Assembly (NCBI GenBank): GCA_965649825.1
Contig: OZ287696.1
Span: forward strand, 165,001 to 229,000
Reading direction: 5' to 3'
DNA: 64,000 nt
Source: Penicillus capitatus
Taxonomy: Eukaryota; Plantae; Chlorophyta
Positions within the stretch are counted from its first letter, which is position 1; every line of letters begins with the position of its first letter. The position numbers and the translations under genes are program-made. Under the pieces are notes generated by a model, which ran no database searches, was not told the DNA's origin, and saw only the letters and a program-made list of their open reading frames with translations. Shown piece after piece: positions 37,917-49,985 of this stretch.

Positions 37917-40462
37917 TCAATCGTCTAAGTAATAGAATGTCCCAGCCAGTTTTTGCTCTTTGTCTTTGACCGATTCATGTTTGTTAATTCGCGGTCGATA
38001 GTTTGTTGGGTCGCGTCTAAAGGTAATGTCTAGATTCTCAAGAAAGAGATTCATTCCCGTCTGTAAGGACTGAGGTCGTAAAGCGACGGCCTCGACAGAA
38101 GGTTTACCCTCATAAACCACAACTCTACAACAGGCCGTTCTTGAAGAATGGCATTGGCAGGTGTTGATTGGACGATACCTATCGGCCATATAGGTTGCCA
38201 TGATGAAGTCATGCTCCACCACAAATGCTGTCTTCTTCGCATGCATAACAAACCGTTTGATCACTTTGGCTGCAATGATACGCTGCTCCGAGTCCATGTA
38301 AGCACTCGGCTCGTCAATCAAGTAAAGATCGGCTGGCTGACCAAGAGCGAGAACCAAGGCAACCCTTTGGAGCTCGCCACCTGCAACGCGTTTTGCAGAA
38401 AGCTAATGCACGCAAGAGACAGGACCTGATAAATTCTGGACCTCCTGGTCCATCAACTGTTCAATGGACATCGGCTTCATGACATCTGCATTAAACTGTG
38501 GGTGCAGATAGGATTCGCGAATCTTCTTGTGCAGCAGGTCTCGCACAGTTCCCTGAAACTTTGGAGATATCTTCTGTGGCTTGTAGCTCACCTAAAGGGC
38601 ATTTCTCTTGTATGGCGATGCATCAGGTCGTGTGGCTTGCATTGAATTCTGGCAGTTTGATGTCTTCGTTTCCGTCTTTGATGACTTCGGATTCCGTCAT
38701 ACCGGCCAACATCCGAATGAATGTTGTCTTTCCTGTTCCGTTCTCCCCAAGCATAACAATGATCTCCGAGTCCGAGAACTCGCCGGATTGAACCTACATA
38801 CACAGCAAGAATAGCAAGGAGGATTTTCTGTGCTCTGTAAAGATGGCTTTGCGCTTTATGTACCGTCAGAGTAAACTGTCCCTGCTTTTTCCTGAGGCTG
38901 GGATAGCTGAAACTCTTGAATCTCTTCAACTCTTCCTTCTCTGCCTGGTCTGTCACTTTGAATGTCAGCGCTTCCTCTCGGAATCGAAGATTCTCCGTGG
39001 GGATGAAGCCAGAGAGGAATATATTGATGCCATCTCTACAGAACACGACATTCATTGGCATCGCTCCTTATGCGGCGAGCACACACTCACCGAACACCGA
39101 AAGGCAGTGTCACGACGCCATAGGCACCAGGAGTGCCATAGAGACAGCAAATGAAGTCTGATAAGTAATCCAGCACACTCAGATCGTGCTCGACGATAAT
39201 CACATAGTTGTCGTGCTGCACGAGCCCTCTGATGGCCCGTGCTGCATTCAATCTCTGACGAACGTCCAAGTAAGAAGACGGCTCATCAATCATATAGATA
39301 TCTACAGACAGTCACGATCTCCTTCACTTCTGTCCATCAGCAGCAGCACCTCCTCGTTGTGCAGCAATCACGCCGATCGCGAATCTCTGAAGTTCTCCAC
39401 CCGAAAGGACGCTCACGTCGTTGTCCAGTATCTAAGCAGCAGTCATCGTGAAGATCTCGCACGTTCGGCTGTTCGACAGACCTGTTCCAAATCCAGTAAT
39501 ACGAGCAGTTCTTTCACGGCATTTCGTTGATCCTTGGCACTGAGCACTTCCTTTACAGTGCCTCTCACCTTAAGATGATTCATCAAAGAGACAAAACGGG
39601 GAGATCGTCTGTTCTTGCCGCTTTTGGAATGTGGTCGACGTATTGAGGTTTGACGATGGCGTGCAGATCATTTTCCAGTATCTTGAGGAAATAGTTCTGC
39701 AGCTCCGATCCTCTAAAGTACGCCAGAATGTCTTCCCAATCTGGAGGATTCTGCGACATGCACGCTTCTTAGCACAGAGCTCGCCATCGGCGGTGTCTAC
39801 TGTAAAGCGTCCGAGATTCGGTTTCAGTTTCCCTGCCAAAACCTTAAGCGCGGTGCTCTTGCCTATGCCATTCGTTCCCACCAATCCAAGCACTTGTCCA
39901 GGTCTCGGAACTGGAAGCCTACAGCACAGCGCCGCCATGAATTGCTGGACATACAATAACAGATCTTGCGTGCCGCACCTGTGTAGTTTAAATGAGTTCG
40001 GGCCGTATCGATGGGTCGTCTGCTGTTCCAGGTTCTTTGGCAGATTGATGATGCGTATGGCATCGAATGGACATTTCTATCAGAAAACAGAGCTGTGTTC
40101 TGTCTCCTGGTTTACATTGGGCATCAACTTTGACGCAGAGACCACAACCGATGCAAAGCTCTTCGGAAATGAACGCAATTTTGGAAGTGGCTGTCACCTC
40201 AATGCACAGTTTCCCTGCAAAGACACCGCCATCGTATGCCTCTATCGAGCAAAGATTGAAGAGTGGGTACCCGTTTTTACAACCGGACAACATTTTCGGC
40301 ATTCCTGTCTGCACTTCTTCGGCTTGCACCTAACAAACATCGTGTGATGGGGCTAACTAAGATCCCTCCGTTTGGCGTTGCTCTTCACCTATCTCCGTTG
40401 ACAATGGCAATACGTGTCAATTGTTCGCCATCTTTAGATTCCTTCTTTTTCTTCGGAGGCAT
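37917..40462 (-). CDS. ABCE1: ABCE1/RLI1 ribosome-recycling ATPase (2 Fe-S, 2 ABC domains), multi-exon
   Basis: Motifs seen: [110 protein letters not shown]. Confidence 0.97.
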
Positions 40463-40561
40463 CACTGCTGTCGTCGGAGAATGCTTAAGATGGTGTCCAA
40501 TGGATCGGTCATTAACACGTCTGGCGGCGGATTGCCTGTCGCGAGTGACAGCGGCTCGAAA
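40462..40561. promoter_or_regulatory. Putative bidirectional promoter between ABCE1 and RPL13
   Basis: Divergent ATGs at 40462 (minus) and 40561 (plus) are 98 bp apart. Confidence 0.55.
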
Positions 40562-41429
40562 TGGTGAAGCACAACAACGTCATCGCCAATGCGCATTTTC
40601 GCAAACACTGGCAACGCCGCGTCAGAACGTGGTTTGATCAGCCGGCGAGGAAATACAGAAGACGACAGAGTACGTCATGGCGATCGCCCGACTCCATAAC
40701 GCCATTCGTCTTTCTCAGAGCGCGTGGCAAAAGCAAAGGCGATCTTTCCACGTCCTTTGAAAAAATTGAGACCCGTTGTCAAAGGAAAGGATATACGCTA
40801 CAGCGCACATGAGCGTCTTGGGCGTGGTTTTACTCCGATGGAGCTGAAAGTGTGTGGCATTTGTGGATGTCAAGATCTCTCGCTGATGCGATGCCTGAGA
40901 AGGAGGCTGGTCTGACGCAGTACTTTGCGAGAAGCATCGGCATTGCGGTGGATCGTCGGCGCAGGAACAAATCCATGGAGGGCCTTCAAGTAGATAGATC
41001 ATCATCTAAGCATATGGACTGAGAGCATTGCCCCATGTTCAGCGCAATGTGGCGAGACTGAAGATGTACATCAGCAAACTTGTGCTATTTCCTAAGAATC
41101 CAGCGAAACCGACAGTAAACACCTGCGTTATGACCTACCCGCCTGCCTAGTGAATTGCCATACCTGTCTGTGACGCAGTCTAAGGAGGCATCGGCGGAGG
41201 AATGTCAGAACGCTGTCCAAGATACAAGCGCAAAGATTATGCCACCACAGGCAACAAAACCGGCACTCGCTTTTGTGAAGATCACGCCAGACATGAAGGT
41301 GTGCTCAACCAGGCATTCTCCTTTGCATTGCTCACCGAGCATGTCTTGCAGAACTTTACTGCCTGGAACAAACTGCGAGAAGAGCGTAAGAGAGCGAAGG
41401 AGGCGGGAAAAGACAAAGAAGAGACTTAG
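40561..41429 (+). CDS. RPL13: 60S ribosomal protein eL13, multi-exon
   Basis: Motifs seen: [78 protein letters not shown]. Confidence 0.96.
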
Positions 41430-41785
41430 ATGATACCCTGCAAATGAGCTAGGCGGCTGTTTGCGACGGTATGGATACCTATGCGTGTATACATGCATCG
41501 CTTCACGTCGTTTCTCCCTATCCGCTTCGAAAGCATCGAATTATTACACGGCATCACGATAACTCAAATGATGTCCAATAATAGTATTGCCAATGCAAGT
41601 CATCTAGCGCTTTGTCTGCAGCTCCAGTCGTCAACAGCATCAGAGAGAGCAATCGATAAATTTACTGGGTCTCCATCAAATGATGTTTTCAGTATCCGCA
41701 CAACAGATGGCAATTAAATTAAGGAGTAGAGGGAGGAGGGACTTGACGACGAGTACGGTTTATTTGTTCGATGCTCGACAAAACT

Positions 41786-43954
41786 CTACACGTCTTCGGT
41801 GCGCTCGACTGGTGCTTCTTCTTGCGGTTCCAGGGAAGGCCCAGGATTTCCGTTTGGGACCTTCTGCCCCGTGCCATCGTCTGAATCGATATCATCTGCG
41901 GCACCATACTGTAATCCCAATCGACGATTTCTGTTTGCTCTGTATTTCATAATGAGGAAGATGACACCGATGATGACCAACAAACCCAAGACAGCACCAA
42001 CAACTCCCACGATCGCATCGACCACTGTTTCGTTTCCAGAACCGCTCTCCGATGGCGGCGATGTGACGGATGCATCGGATGCCGAGTTCAACACGGCGAG
42101 ATGCGTCTGGTTCGTCGTCGAAGCAGGATGGTGATGGTGAAGCTCTTCGTACTGTATGTACTGTGATGTGCTGATGTCATTTGCCTTGGACTGGTGCGAA
42201 TGAACATCGCAGTCGAAATTCGGTACATAGTTGAGTGTCTTCCATCGATGGCATCTGAAATGGTTGCCTTCGAGGAACAGTTCTGTCTCCATGATGGTCG
42301 GCGTATCCTCTTGGTACATGAATTCCGGCAGCAGTCCAGAGAGTTTGTTGAAACTGAGATCGAACACGTGGAGGGGACCCGTCCGTCGCGCATTCCCAAA
42401 AACACCCATGGATGAGAATTCGTTTGGTATGGGCCCCGAGAGCTGATTCGTGGAAACATTGAAGTGGGTCATCTTGGGAAACATGCCTTCCATAGCAAAG
42501 AGATGCCCAGATATGAAATTGGCACTCAGATCTAGCCATTTCAACGAATGCGCTTTGGTCAACCGACTTGGCAGTTTCCCGTGCAGCTTATTGTTCTGCA
42601 ACATGACGATGTGTAAGGACTCGGGTGGATGCCAGACGGTTGACCACGATGACGGTAAGCTCGACAAACGATTGTTGCTTAGATCGAGGATCTCCAGATT
42701 TCTCAGCGAGGCAAAAGATTCTGGAATGGCGCCGTTGAATAGATTTCCGTTCAGGCTCAATACTCTCAGTGATTTGATTCGGCCAAGTGACGGCGGCAGC
42801 GTTCCTGTCAAATCATTCTCCGAAAGAGTGAGCGCTTTCAGAGAGGACAGCGGCGAGAAGAGATCAGAGATGTATCCAGTGATATGATTTCTTGAGAGAT
42901 AGACTTCTTCAAGCAACGGCAGATCAGAGAACATACAGGACGGAAGCTTGCCAGTAATGTGGTTGTCATCCAGATCAATGGTGCGCAGATGCTTCAGTAG
43001 TTTAGAGCAGATACTGGCGGCGTGCATTTCCCCATAGATAAAGTTCTTCTCGAACGAGAGGTCCCTCAGATGACGCAGACCGCTCAACTGGACCACATCT
43101 TCTGTAATGTCTGCATCAATGTTGTTGTCTGACAGATCCAGCGATTCCAATGTCGTCAGCTTTAGCAACAAGTCTATCGGCAATTTGCACTTCAGTCCAT
43201 AGGATCGTAGATCCAGACGAATGAGATCGCCCGCGACGTTACAGAGACTGCCTGTTCGGTGACAGAAATCAAACTCGATCTCTTCTGTGGCACTCTTGGC
43301 CCCGCCGTTGGCCTCTTGTTCTTTGAACAGCCATCGATGGCACTGTTTCTCTCCGGAACAGCATCGGTTAAACAGTTCGGTCATCACTTCCTGCTGTTCT
43401 GGATGGAGTGCCCTTTCGTCGAAGCTCATTTGCATTGTCAATTCAAAGGCGGCATTTCCTCCACCGTTTCCTCGGATGGCGCAGGCGAATTCCGCCACTT
43501 GGATGTTCTCTCCGTCCACTATTTTTCGGACGATGGCCTTCTTGTACTGGACACTCTTTGAAGAGATAAACATCTCTCCATTGCGTGTCGTCTGCCAGCT
43601 GGATGTGATGCGATCCGGTGGGAATTGTCGATTGAGAGCGCTTCGCGGTACGCAGTAAACATCGACGCGAGCATCGTGAGGGTCGACGGCTTCCAAGAAG
43701 AGGAGGATGTCCGGAAACTCAGCTCCACGTTGCCGAATACCAAATTCCACGAGCTGACTCTCTCCCTGTTCCACAGCACCGACGAGCGGCTCGCCGATAA
43801 GAAGCTTGCCGATGTCCAATCCTGCATCACTACGACGCGGAGAGGACACGCGTTCGATAAGATGTGCCGTCTGCTCGTCGCTCCTGTCGGAATCCGTCTG
43901 CGCACGAACGCACCATAAGAGTAGACAAGTACAGCAGAGCTTCAATAGCATCAT
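41786..43954 (-). CDS. LRR receptor-like protein (signal peptide, plant-type LRRs, single TM, short acidic tail, no kinase), single exon
   Basis: A 722-aa ORF with a signal peptide and Cys-containing cap. It has about a dozen LxxLxLxxNxLxGxLP repeats (e.g. LKALTLSENDLTGTLPPSLGRIKSLRVLSLNGNLFNGAIP), a Ser/Thr-rich stalk, and TM AIVGVVGAVLGLLVIIGVIFLIM followed by KYR. Confidence 0.9.
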   Translation of the reverse strand: MMLLKLCCTCLLLWCVRAQTDSDRSDEQTAHLIERVSSPRRSDAGLDIGKLLIGEPLVGAVEQGESQLVEFGIRQRGAEFPDILLFLEAVDPHDARVDVYCVPRSALNRQFPPDRITSSWQTTRNGEMFISSKSVQYKKAIVRKIVDGENIQVAEFACAIRGNGGGNAAFELTMQMSFDERALHPEQQEVMTELFNRCCSGEKQCHRWLFKEQEANGGAKSATEEIEFDFCHRTGSLCNVAGDLIRLDLRSYGLKCKLPIDLLLKLTTLESLDLSDNNIDADITEDVVQLSGLRHLRDLSFEKNFIYGEMHAASICSKLLKHLRTIDLDDNHITGKLPSCMFSDLPLLEEVYLSRNHITGYISDLFSPLSSLKALTLSENDLTGTLPPSLGRIKSLRVLSLNGNLFNGAIPESFASLRNLEILDLSNNRLSSLPSSWSTVWHPPESLHIVMLQNNKLHGKLPSRLTKAHSLKWLDLSANFISGHLFAMEGMFPKMTHFNVSTNQLSGPIPNEFSSMGVFGNARRTGPLHVFDLSFNKLSGLLPEFMYQEDTPTIMETELFLEGNHFRCHRWKTLNYVPNFDCDVHSHQSKANDISTSQYIQYEELHHHHPASTTNQTHLAVLNSASDASVTSPPSESGSGNETVVDAIVGVVGAVLGLLVIIGVIFLIMKYRANRNRRLGLQYGAADDIDSDDGTGQKVPNGNPGPSLEPQEEAPVERTEDV

Positions 43955-44461
43955 GTTTCGTATCCGGAGCAGTTGTCTCCTGTCTTGCGGCGAATGTTAT
44001 GCCAAGTCGAGCCTGGCTTGTTAGCGGGGTCGTCGGTTACGACGGACGAATGGCTCAGATTCTACTTCAAATGGGAAGATTAAGGCTAACAATGCAACGA
44101 ACTTCGGGAACAAAGGCCAAATAAACACACCAAACACATTCATCCACATCTGAACCGTATTCATACAAACAGCACCAGCTAACTCTTTGCCTCGACTCTC
44201 TAAATCTCGGACGACGGGTTAGTTGTTGTCTTCCTAGTAAGGGACATTAATGGTGGACATCAATGCCAAGTCATTCTCCTTAAGAAATGCATGCATGAGT
44301 GGAACAAGAAACAAAACAGAAGAGAATAGATGATCTGATTATCGCCCCATCAAACAAATAAAATCTACACAGGGAATCGGTCAAATAAGATTCTGAAAGA
44401 CACAAAGATCCCATATCAAAACCAGTTATCGTCAATGCATTGCTTGTTGTGCATCGAGTTA

Positions 44462-47400
44462 TCAGTAAGGACCACGGCTAGAGTTAAGATGACTGCTCAT
44501 GGAGCCAGCATAGATGGGCCTCATGTTCGGATGATTGAATTTACATGCGCCACCAAACTTGCACTGATGGGTATTCTTATAGAACTCACAGATCGGATCA
44601 CCCGCTCGAACAGGAAGGCCATCCTCATTCAAACGCACTGCACACTCGGCGGGATGATGATATCTGCAGCGTTCGTGGTATTTACAGAACCCTGTCTTCT
44701 GATAGAAGTCGCAGATGGGTGCGCCCGGTCTCTGGGGGAAAGGAAGGAGCGTGTAGTTTTGGTTCTCTGGATCTTCTTCCCATCCAACGATCGGCCTGTT
44801 AGGATCTTCATACTTCTTGCTTCCGCTGCTGAGTTTGATGGGGCTTTGAAGATCGCGATACGGATCGGAGGCATCTTTCTTCGAATCCAGTTCGGCTCTC
44901 GTCTCCCTTTCCGTGTTGATGAGCGAGTTAAAGGCGCGTGGATGGTAACGGCTTGGACTTCTTGGCTGTGTCCGCGTGCTGTAGAACCCGCCATCTGTAC
45001 TGGCCTGAGGAGTGAGTTGTTCTCCCGCTGCTGCTGTTGCCGCTCCTCTTGCTGCTGCTGGACTGTAGTTACTGCCAAGGCTTTGACCACGGAGCAATCC
45101 ACCCTCCTGTTCTGCATTATTCCTGTTCGCATTCTCTCTGATCACATTGAGCACTGTATCCCACGTTCCGCGGGCGGAAGATGTTCCCGACAGGGCAGAG
45201 TCGCCAGAAACTGTACGCACCACTGGATCGGACGGTCTCGTGCGTACCTTGAGATGTGGCGACTCTTCGGCGTCCATCGAATCATTGGCCAGTCCATCCC
45301 GATCATCCATGACAGACTTCTTCATGTCCGTACCATTGTTTTCTTCATCGATCGTCGGCATGCTCGATGGCGACGACAGGGAATCACTCGCTGAGCTTCT
45401 CCTTGCGAGAGTGGGGAGAAAGTACTTGTCCATCGGAGGCTCGGATGAAACGTGATCCTTTGCAAATGTGTACGTCGTCATCAACAACTCTGGAAATCTA
45501 GAAGCAAAGTACCTGCACACAGACACCTCTAGCGTCATCTCCCAGTCCATACAGCAGAGAGGTCTTACCCGTGGTAACCTTCGGGGACTGGACCCATTAG
45601 GTTTCGTAGATCGGCAGGGAGTTCTCTGAAATGATTGTGTTTGTTGCGAACGACTCTTAACAGATCTCTGAGCGAAGTGAACGTGTACTTTCTGTACTGC
45701 CCTAGATTTGTCACCAACAACGGGTCCAATCTGGCACCCCAGTTGCCTCCGGTTGCTTTGGAAGCAACGCTTTCGAAGGAACGAATCAGTGTCTTGTCTT
45801 CTTGGCGATCTTCGTTCTCCATTCGATCGCTCAGCTCGATCAGGAACTGCAGCTTTTGACGCTGACTCCACCAGAATGGATGGTCGATGACTTCATCGAT
45901 CGTCGGTCTTCTGCCTGGATCTTTCTCGAGCATGGTAGTTATCAGATCCATTGCTTCGGGGCAGCTATCTAGCGCATCGAGATGCGGGTCTTTCTTGAGA
46001 ATGTTGTCGTCTCTCTTGTAGCTGCTTTCCCCAAAAGGATGACGGCCGGCAGAAATGCAATGATACATGACACATCCCAGTGAGAAAATGTCCATTGCTT
46101 TCGTCTGGCGCGCGGCGCCTCCGTCTCGAATAATGAGCTGTTCGGGAGCCTGCCAACCGGAACTGCCACCAGATCCAAGACTGAAAAAGGACGTCTGGTC
46201 TGGTACCATTCTGCGACAGAGACCCATATCCGACAGCTTGGCTCTGCCATCTTCTGTCATGAGGACATTGTGTGGTTTCAGGTCTCTGTGGACAACCCCA
46301 CGCGCATGCAGAGCAGCCAGACCTTCGCAAACGCCACGCAGAATGTGCAGACAGGCCAAAGATGGCGGTCCATCTGATCTGGCGAGGGCCACTTGTCCTT
46401 CTTCGGATGTGACAAAGTCAGCAAGACTCATCTTGCATCGCTCCAGGGCCAAGAATACAAAGTCCTTGTCCTCCTCAACGGCAAAAAGCCGTACGAGATT
46501 TGGATGCTCATCGGAGAGGATGAGGATATCCTTCTCGTTTGCAGCCATGTCGTAGAATGCCTTAAGGATTCTCTTGACGGCGACAGGACGGCCGTGGAAT
46601 TCGCCATCGAACACAACGGTCCCTCCAGCACCGTATCCAAGTACACCTGGACCGAACTTCAGTTGTCCCACTTTGAAGACTGCCGAGCCCTCCTTTGCAT
46701 TGTTCATGAACGAAAAACCGTCAGTCGCCACTTGAGAACAGGAGGTTAGGCTGCTCTTCGCACTTGCAGACAACGAGGGCAATGCATTTATTGAGCTTAT
46801 TGACATTCCTACAGACCACACAGCGAGTGAGCGATGCCTGAACAGATGTACACGTTTAAGATTGCCTGGACATTGTAGATATGCATTTAGTGGAATTTGT
46901 CTATATTCAATAGAATTTGTCCTGTCAACGAGACACTCGTCAAAACACTGCCGTTGAGTGTCCCAATTGGCATGTATAGGACTCGCATTAAACGCATGAG
47001 TGGGTGTCAAATCAAATAGTTCCTCTGATATCTGCAGCTCTGAAGGGCATCCTCCAGCACAGAGCATCGAAGGTCGACCAAAACGTTGATCTGCATGGTC
47101 GAATGCACTAGGCTCATTCACTTCGTTCAGCAAAGAACGGCCCAGGATACGATATTCATCTTCTGGCGCATCAAACAAGGAGTCAGGCAGTCCCCTTGAT
47201 GCAGATGTCCAGTTGCAGACGGCTTCTTGTGACGGAAGTCTTCGTTTTGCCATATTCATTGTTTGATTGCCGTAATCAGTCATTCCGTCTAGAGGTGGCT
47301 GCTGCGACAGCATCATCATTTGTCTAGAGCTATATCTCGGGGTTAGATTTCTCTTGGGCTCCTGGAAGGATCGGTGGTGGCCTCTTCGTAGCACAGGGGA

Positions 47401-49605
47401 TTGAGGTGGACGTCCAGTGTGGACACGAAGATGGGGCAACGACACATGTGTGCACGGCGGTGATGACTTGTATGTATGCTTCGCCGGCTTCGCGCTCGCT
47501 TTTGATTTCTCTCCTCGAACAGTGGCCAAACCGTCGCATTCTTTGAGAGTCGGCTCCGTATCATCTTCAATGCCTAGCAGTAAACCAGAAATTAACGTTG
47601 CCATAAATGGTATGTACGAAGGAAGCAATGACAGAGAGTGATACGGAGCCTTCCCCTCATGACGCGATCAGAATTAATACGAGTACGAGTAGTGGTAGTT
47701 AGTTCGTCGTTGTCATCTTTGCTACCCTGTGACTACTACTGTTGGCTATTTCGTCTGTTGGGCTATTTGGGGGAGGTTATGCCTATGCGTATGCGTATGC
47801 GTATGTGTATGTGTGCGTCATTATGTTAGAGGGGACTGGCCCTTACCAGAGGAATGGCGAATTTTCTTGATGCCCGGGAGAGCTTGTTTGTTGTCGCTCG
47901 TTTTGCGCCTCGAACGCAAAATGCCAAAAACAACTGCTCCTAGAATCAGGGTAGATGTTGTGGCTATCACTAGTCCGAGTCTATTGCCATCCATCTCCAA
48001 ATTTTCCAACACCTCCTGTAAAACCACGCACCGTTCGCACCGACCTTGATGTGACGTGCCAAACAATTACCGATTCTCTTGCCGTTTCGGGCAGAAAAGG
48101 AAACGGTTTATCCTTGCCTGAGGAATCCGTCACCTCAAGTACATAGCATTTGGACGCATCCTTTTCGCCTAGTCCACCTCCTTCAGTGAGCTCCATAACT
48201 CTCTTGTCACCAGCATTCGTCCCTACAGCATTCCGACCATACATTGATATCGTGCCGTGTCGGCAGGGGGTACACCATTACCTTGTTCCTCTTCGGAACT
48301 GAGACGATCAGAGCTCTCTGCCGGGATGGGCAGCACATACCTTTCTCCTGTGGCGAAGGATCTGACCAACACCTTGGACAACTTCCGCTGATTTTTTCTT
48401 GCCCAGAATTCATCAGGTGCAGAAGATGCATCGTGGGAAAGCGACGGATCCAATGCCATTGTGCTATGGCCAGCGCTGTCCAGGAGATAGGCAATCACAG
48501 GTGCAGACGTAAAACTCACACTCCATTTATTGTCACCCGTTGCAGGATCCCTTGCATGCAAGGAATTGTCTTCTCCCGTTGTTAGGTAGGATTTTTTATG
48601 CGGATAGGCCACAGACGTATCTTTCTCTTTAATATACTGCATCACTGCAAACGGCGTCTTCGCGATAGACGTATCCAAATGATGAATCTCAGAAAAAGCA
48701 ATCGACCAACGAACAGCTGACGATGTTCTGTCGACGGCTTGTACTTTGTAGTCCTTTCTGGCAATGAGAAGCGCTGATTCGTTTGCATCTAATGGCACAC
48801 GCAGTACGGTAGATGCTGTCACGTCACGTCACGTCAGAACAGCACGTACCGTCGAATGTTGTTGTCTCCATTTCGGAGCATTCCACATCCGAGAACTTCT
48901 TCAGCAATTCTCCGCTGTCGGAATCGATGTAGTACAGAGTGGTACTGAGAGATCCCACAATCACCGATCCATCCGCTGCCATGGACGGAGAATTCTCGAC
49001 CAAATCAGCCACCGTCACACGGCTCAACTGTACGACAGAAGTGGTATAGGATGACAATGATGTCACACGAAGCGCTGTCGCTCTTACTTCGAGTTTGGGC
49101 ATGTTTGCATGATCATCATTGCTGCTGCTGCTGCCGATGTCATGAAGGACATAGATAGAGCCGTCAATTCCAGGGAAAACTTGGACATTCGACGAGACGT
49201 CTTGACTCGTCGATACCAATGGCGAGCCAGAGTCGAATGTCCAGCGAATGTTTCCCGTTTCGCCCTCGACGGCAGAAACGCTTCCGTCGATTCTCCCCAC
49301 CAAAAGAAGACCGGAAATCGAATGGGTTAAAATCGTTCGCCTGTGGGCACAAGAACGTTGACCGTCGCGTTCAGAAAACGTCGTTTCGGGCACACGAAGC
49401 CAAAACAAGGCACGTAGGCACGCGACGGCACGATAGGGATTCGTCGGTTGTGTCTGCCTCTTTACCGATGCGAAGGCGTTCTGGGAACCAAGGCTGTATT
49501 TTCATAGAGTTTATCTTCTGCTCGGACAGTCGCCAGAAGCAGAGCCGAGTAATAGATACAAAGGACCCATGTTGAAGCCGCGTGACAGCCACAACTGTTT
49601 CGCAT
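44462..49605 (-). CDS. IRE1: IRE1 ER-stress sensor (signal peptide, luminal domain, TM, kinase, RNase) with a C-terminal extension carrying two CCCH zinc fingers
   Basis: Luminal LLLVGRIDGSVSAVEGETGNIRWTFDSGSPL, then a TM (LGLVIATTSTLILGAVVFGIL). The kinase has GYGAGGTVVF, VAVKR, HRDLKPHN, DMG and GWQAPE. The RNase has LRDLLRVVRNKHNHF...PEGYHG/YFASRFPELL. Two C-x8-C-x5-C-x3-H fingers follow. Confidence 0.92.
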
Positions 49606-49985
49606 TGGAAAGACGCAGAGGCACAGCCAGTCGCCAAACAAAGATAGCAGTGCCGCGCAGTCTCTAAGAAAACGAATCGGCGTCGCTGGCAGTTTAAGCA
49701 AGTTAAGACGTTCTGAGTTCAGATGCAAAATTTCGAGTATATGACAAAGGCGGGAACAAACGATGTTCCATTTAACATGCCGCCTCATAACGTCATCGAT
49801 GGAAAGCATCATCTCATTGGCGTGACTCGATGATACTGCTAGGAAGTTCGCAAGCGATGTGACGTATGGACGAAAAACGCGTGAACGGACGAATCAGATG
49901 GGATAACAAGAGGGAGAGCCCTAAAAACGTCTCACGGGGCAAGGCGAAAAACAAAATCGTGCAACGACGGCAGCCTCGACATGCA

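Noticed and set aside
44435-45394. 319-aa plus-strand ORF (likewise 50900-51616 and 55027-55638)
   Set aside because: These are antisense to clearly conserved coding sequence (IRE1 tail, TPS, SEC61A) and carry no motifs of their own.
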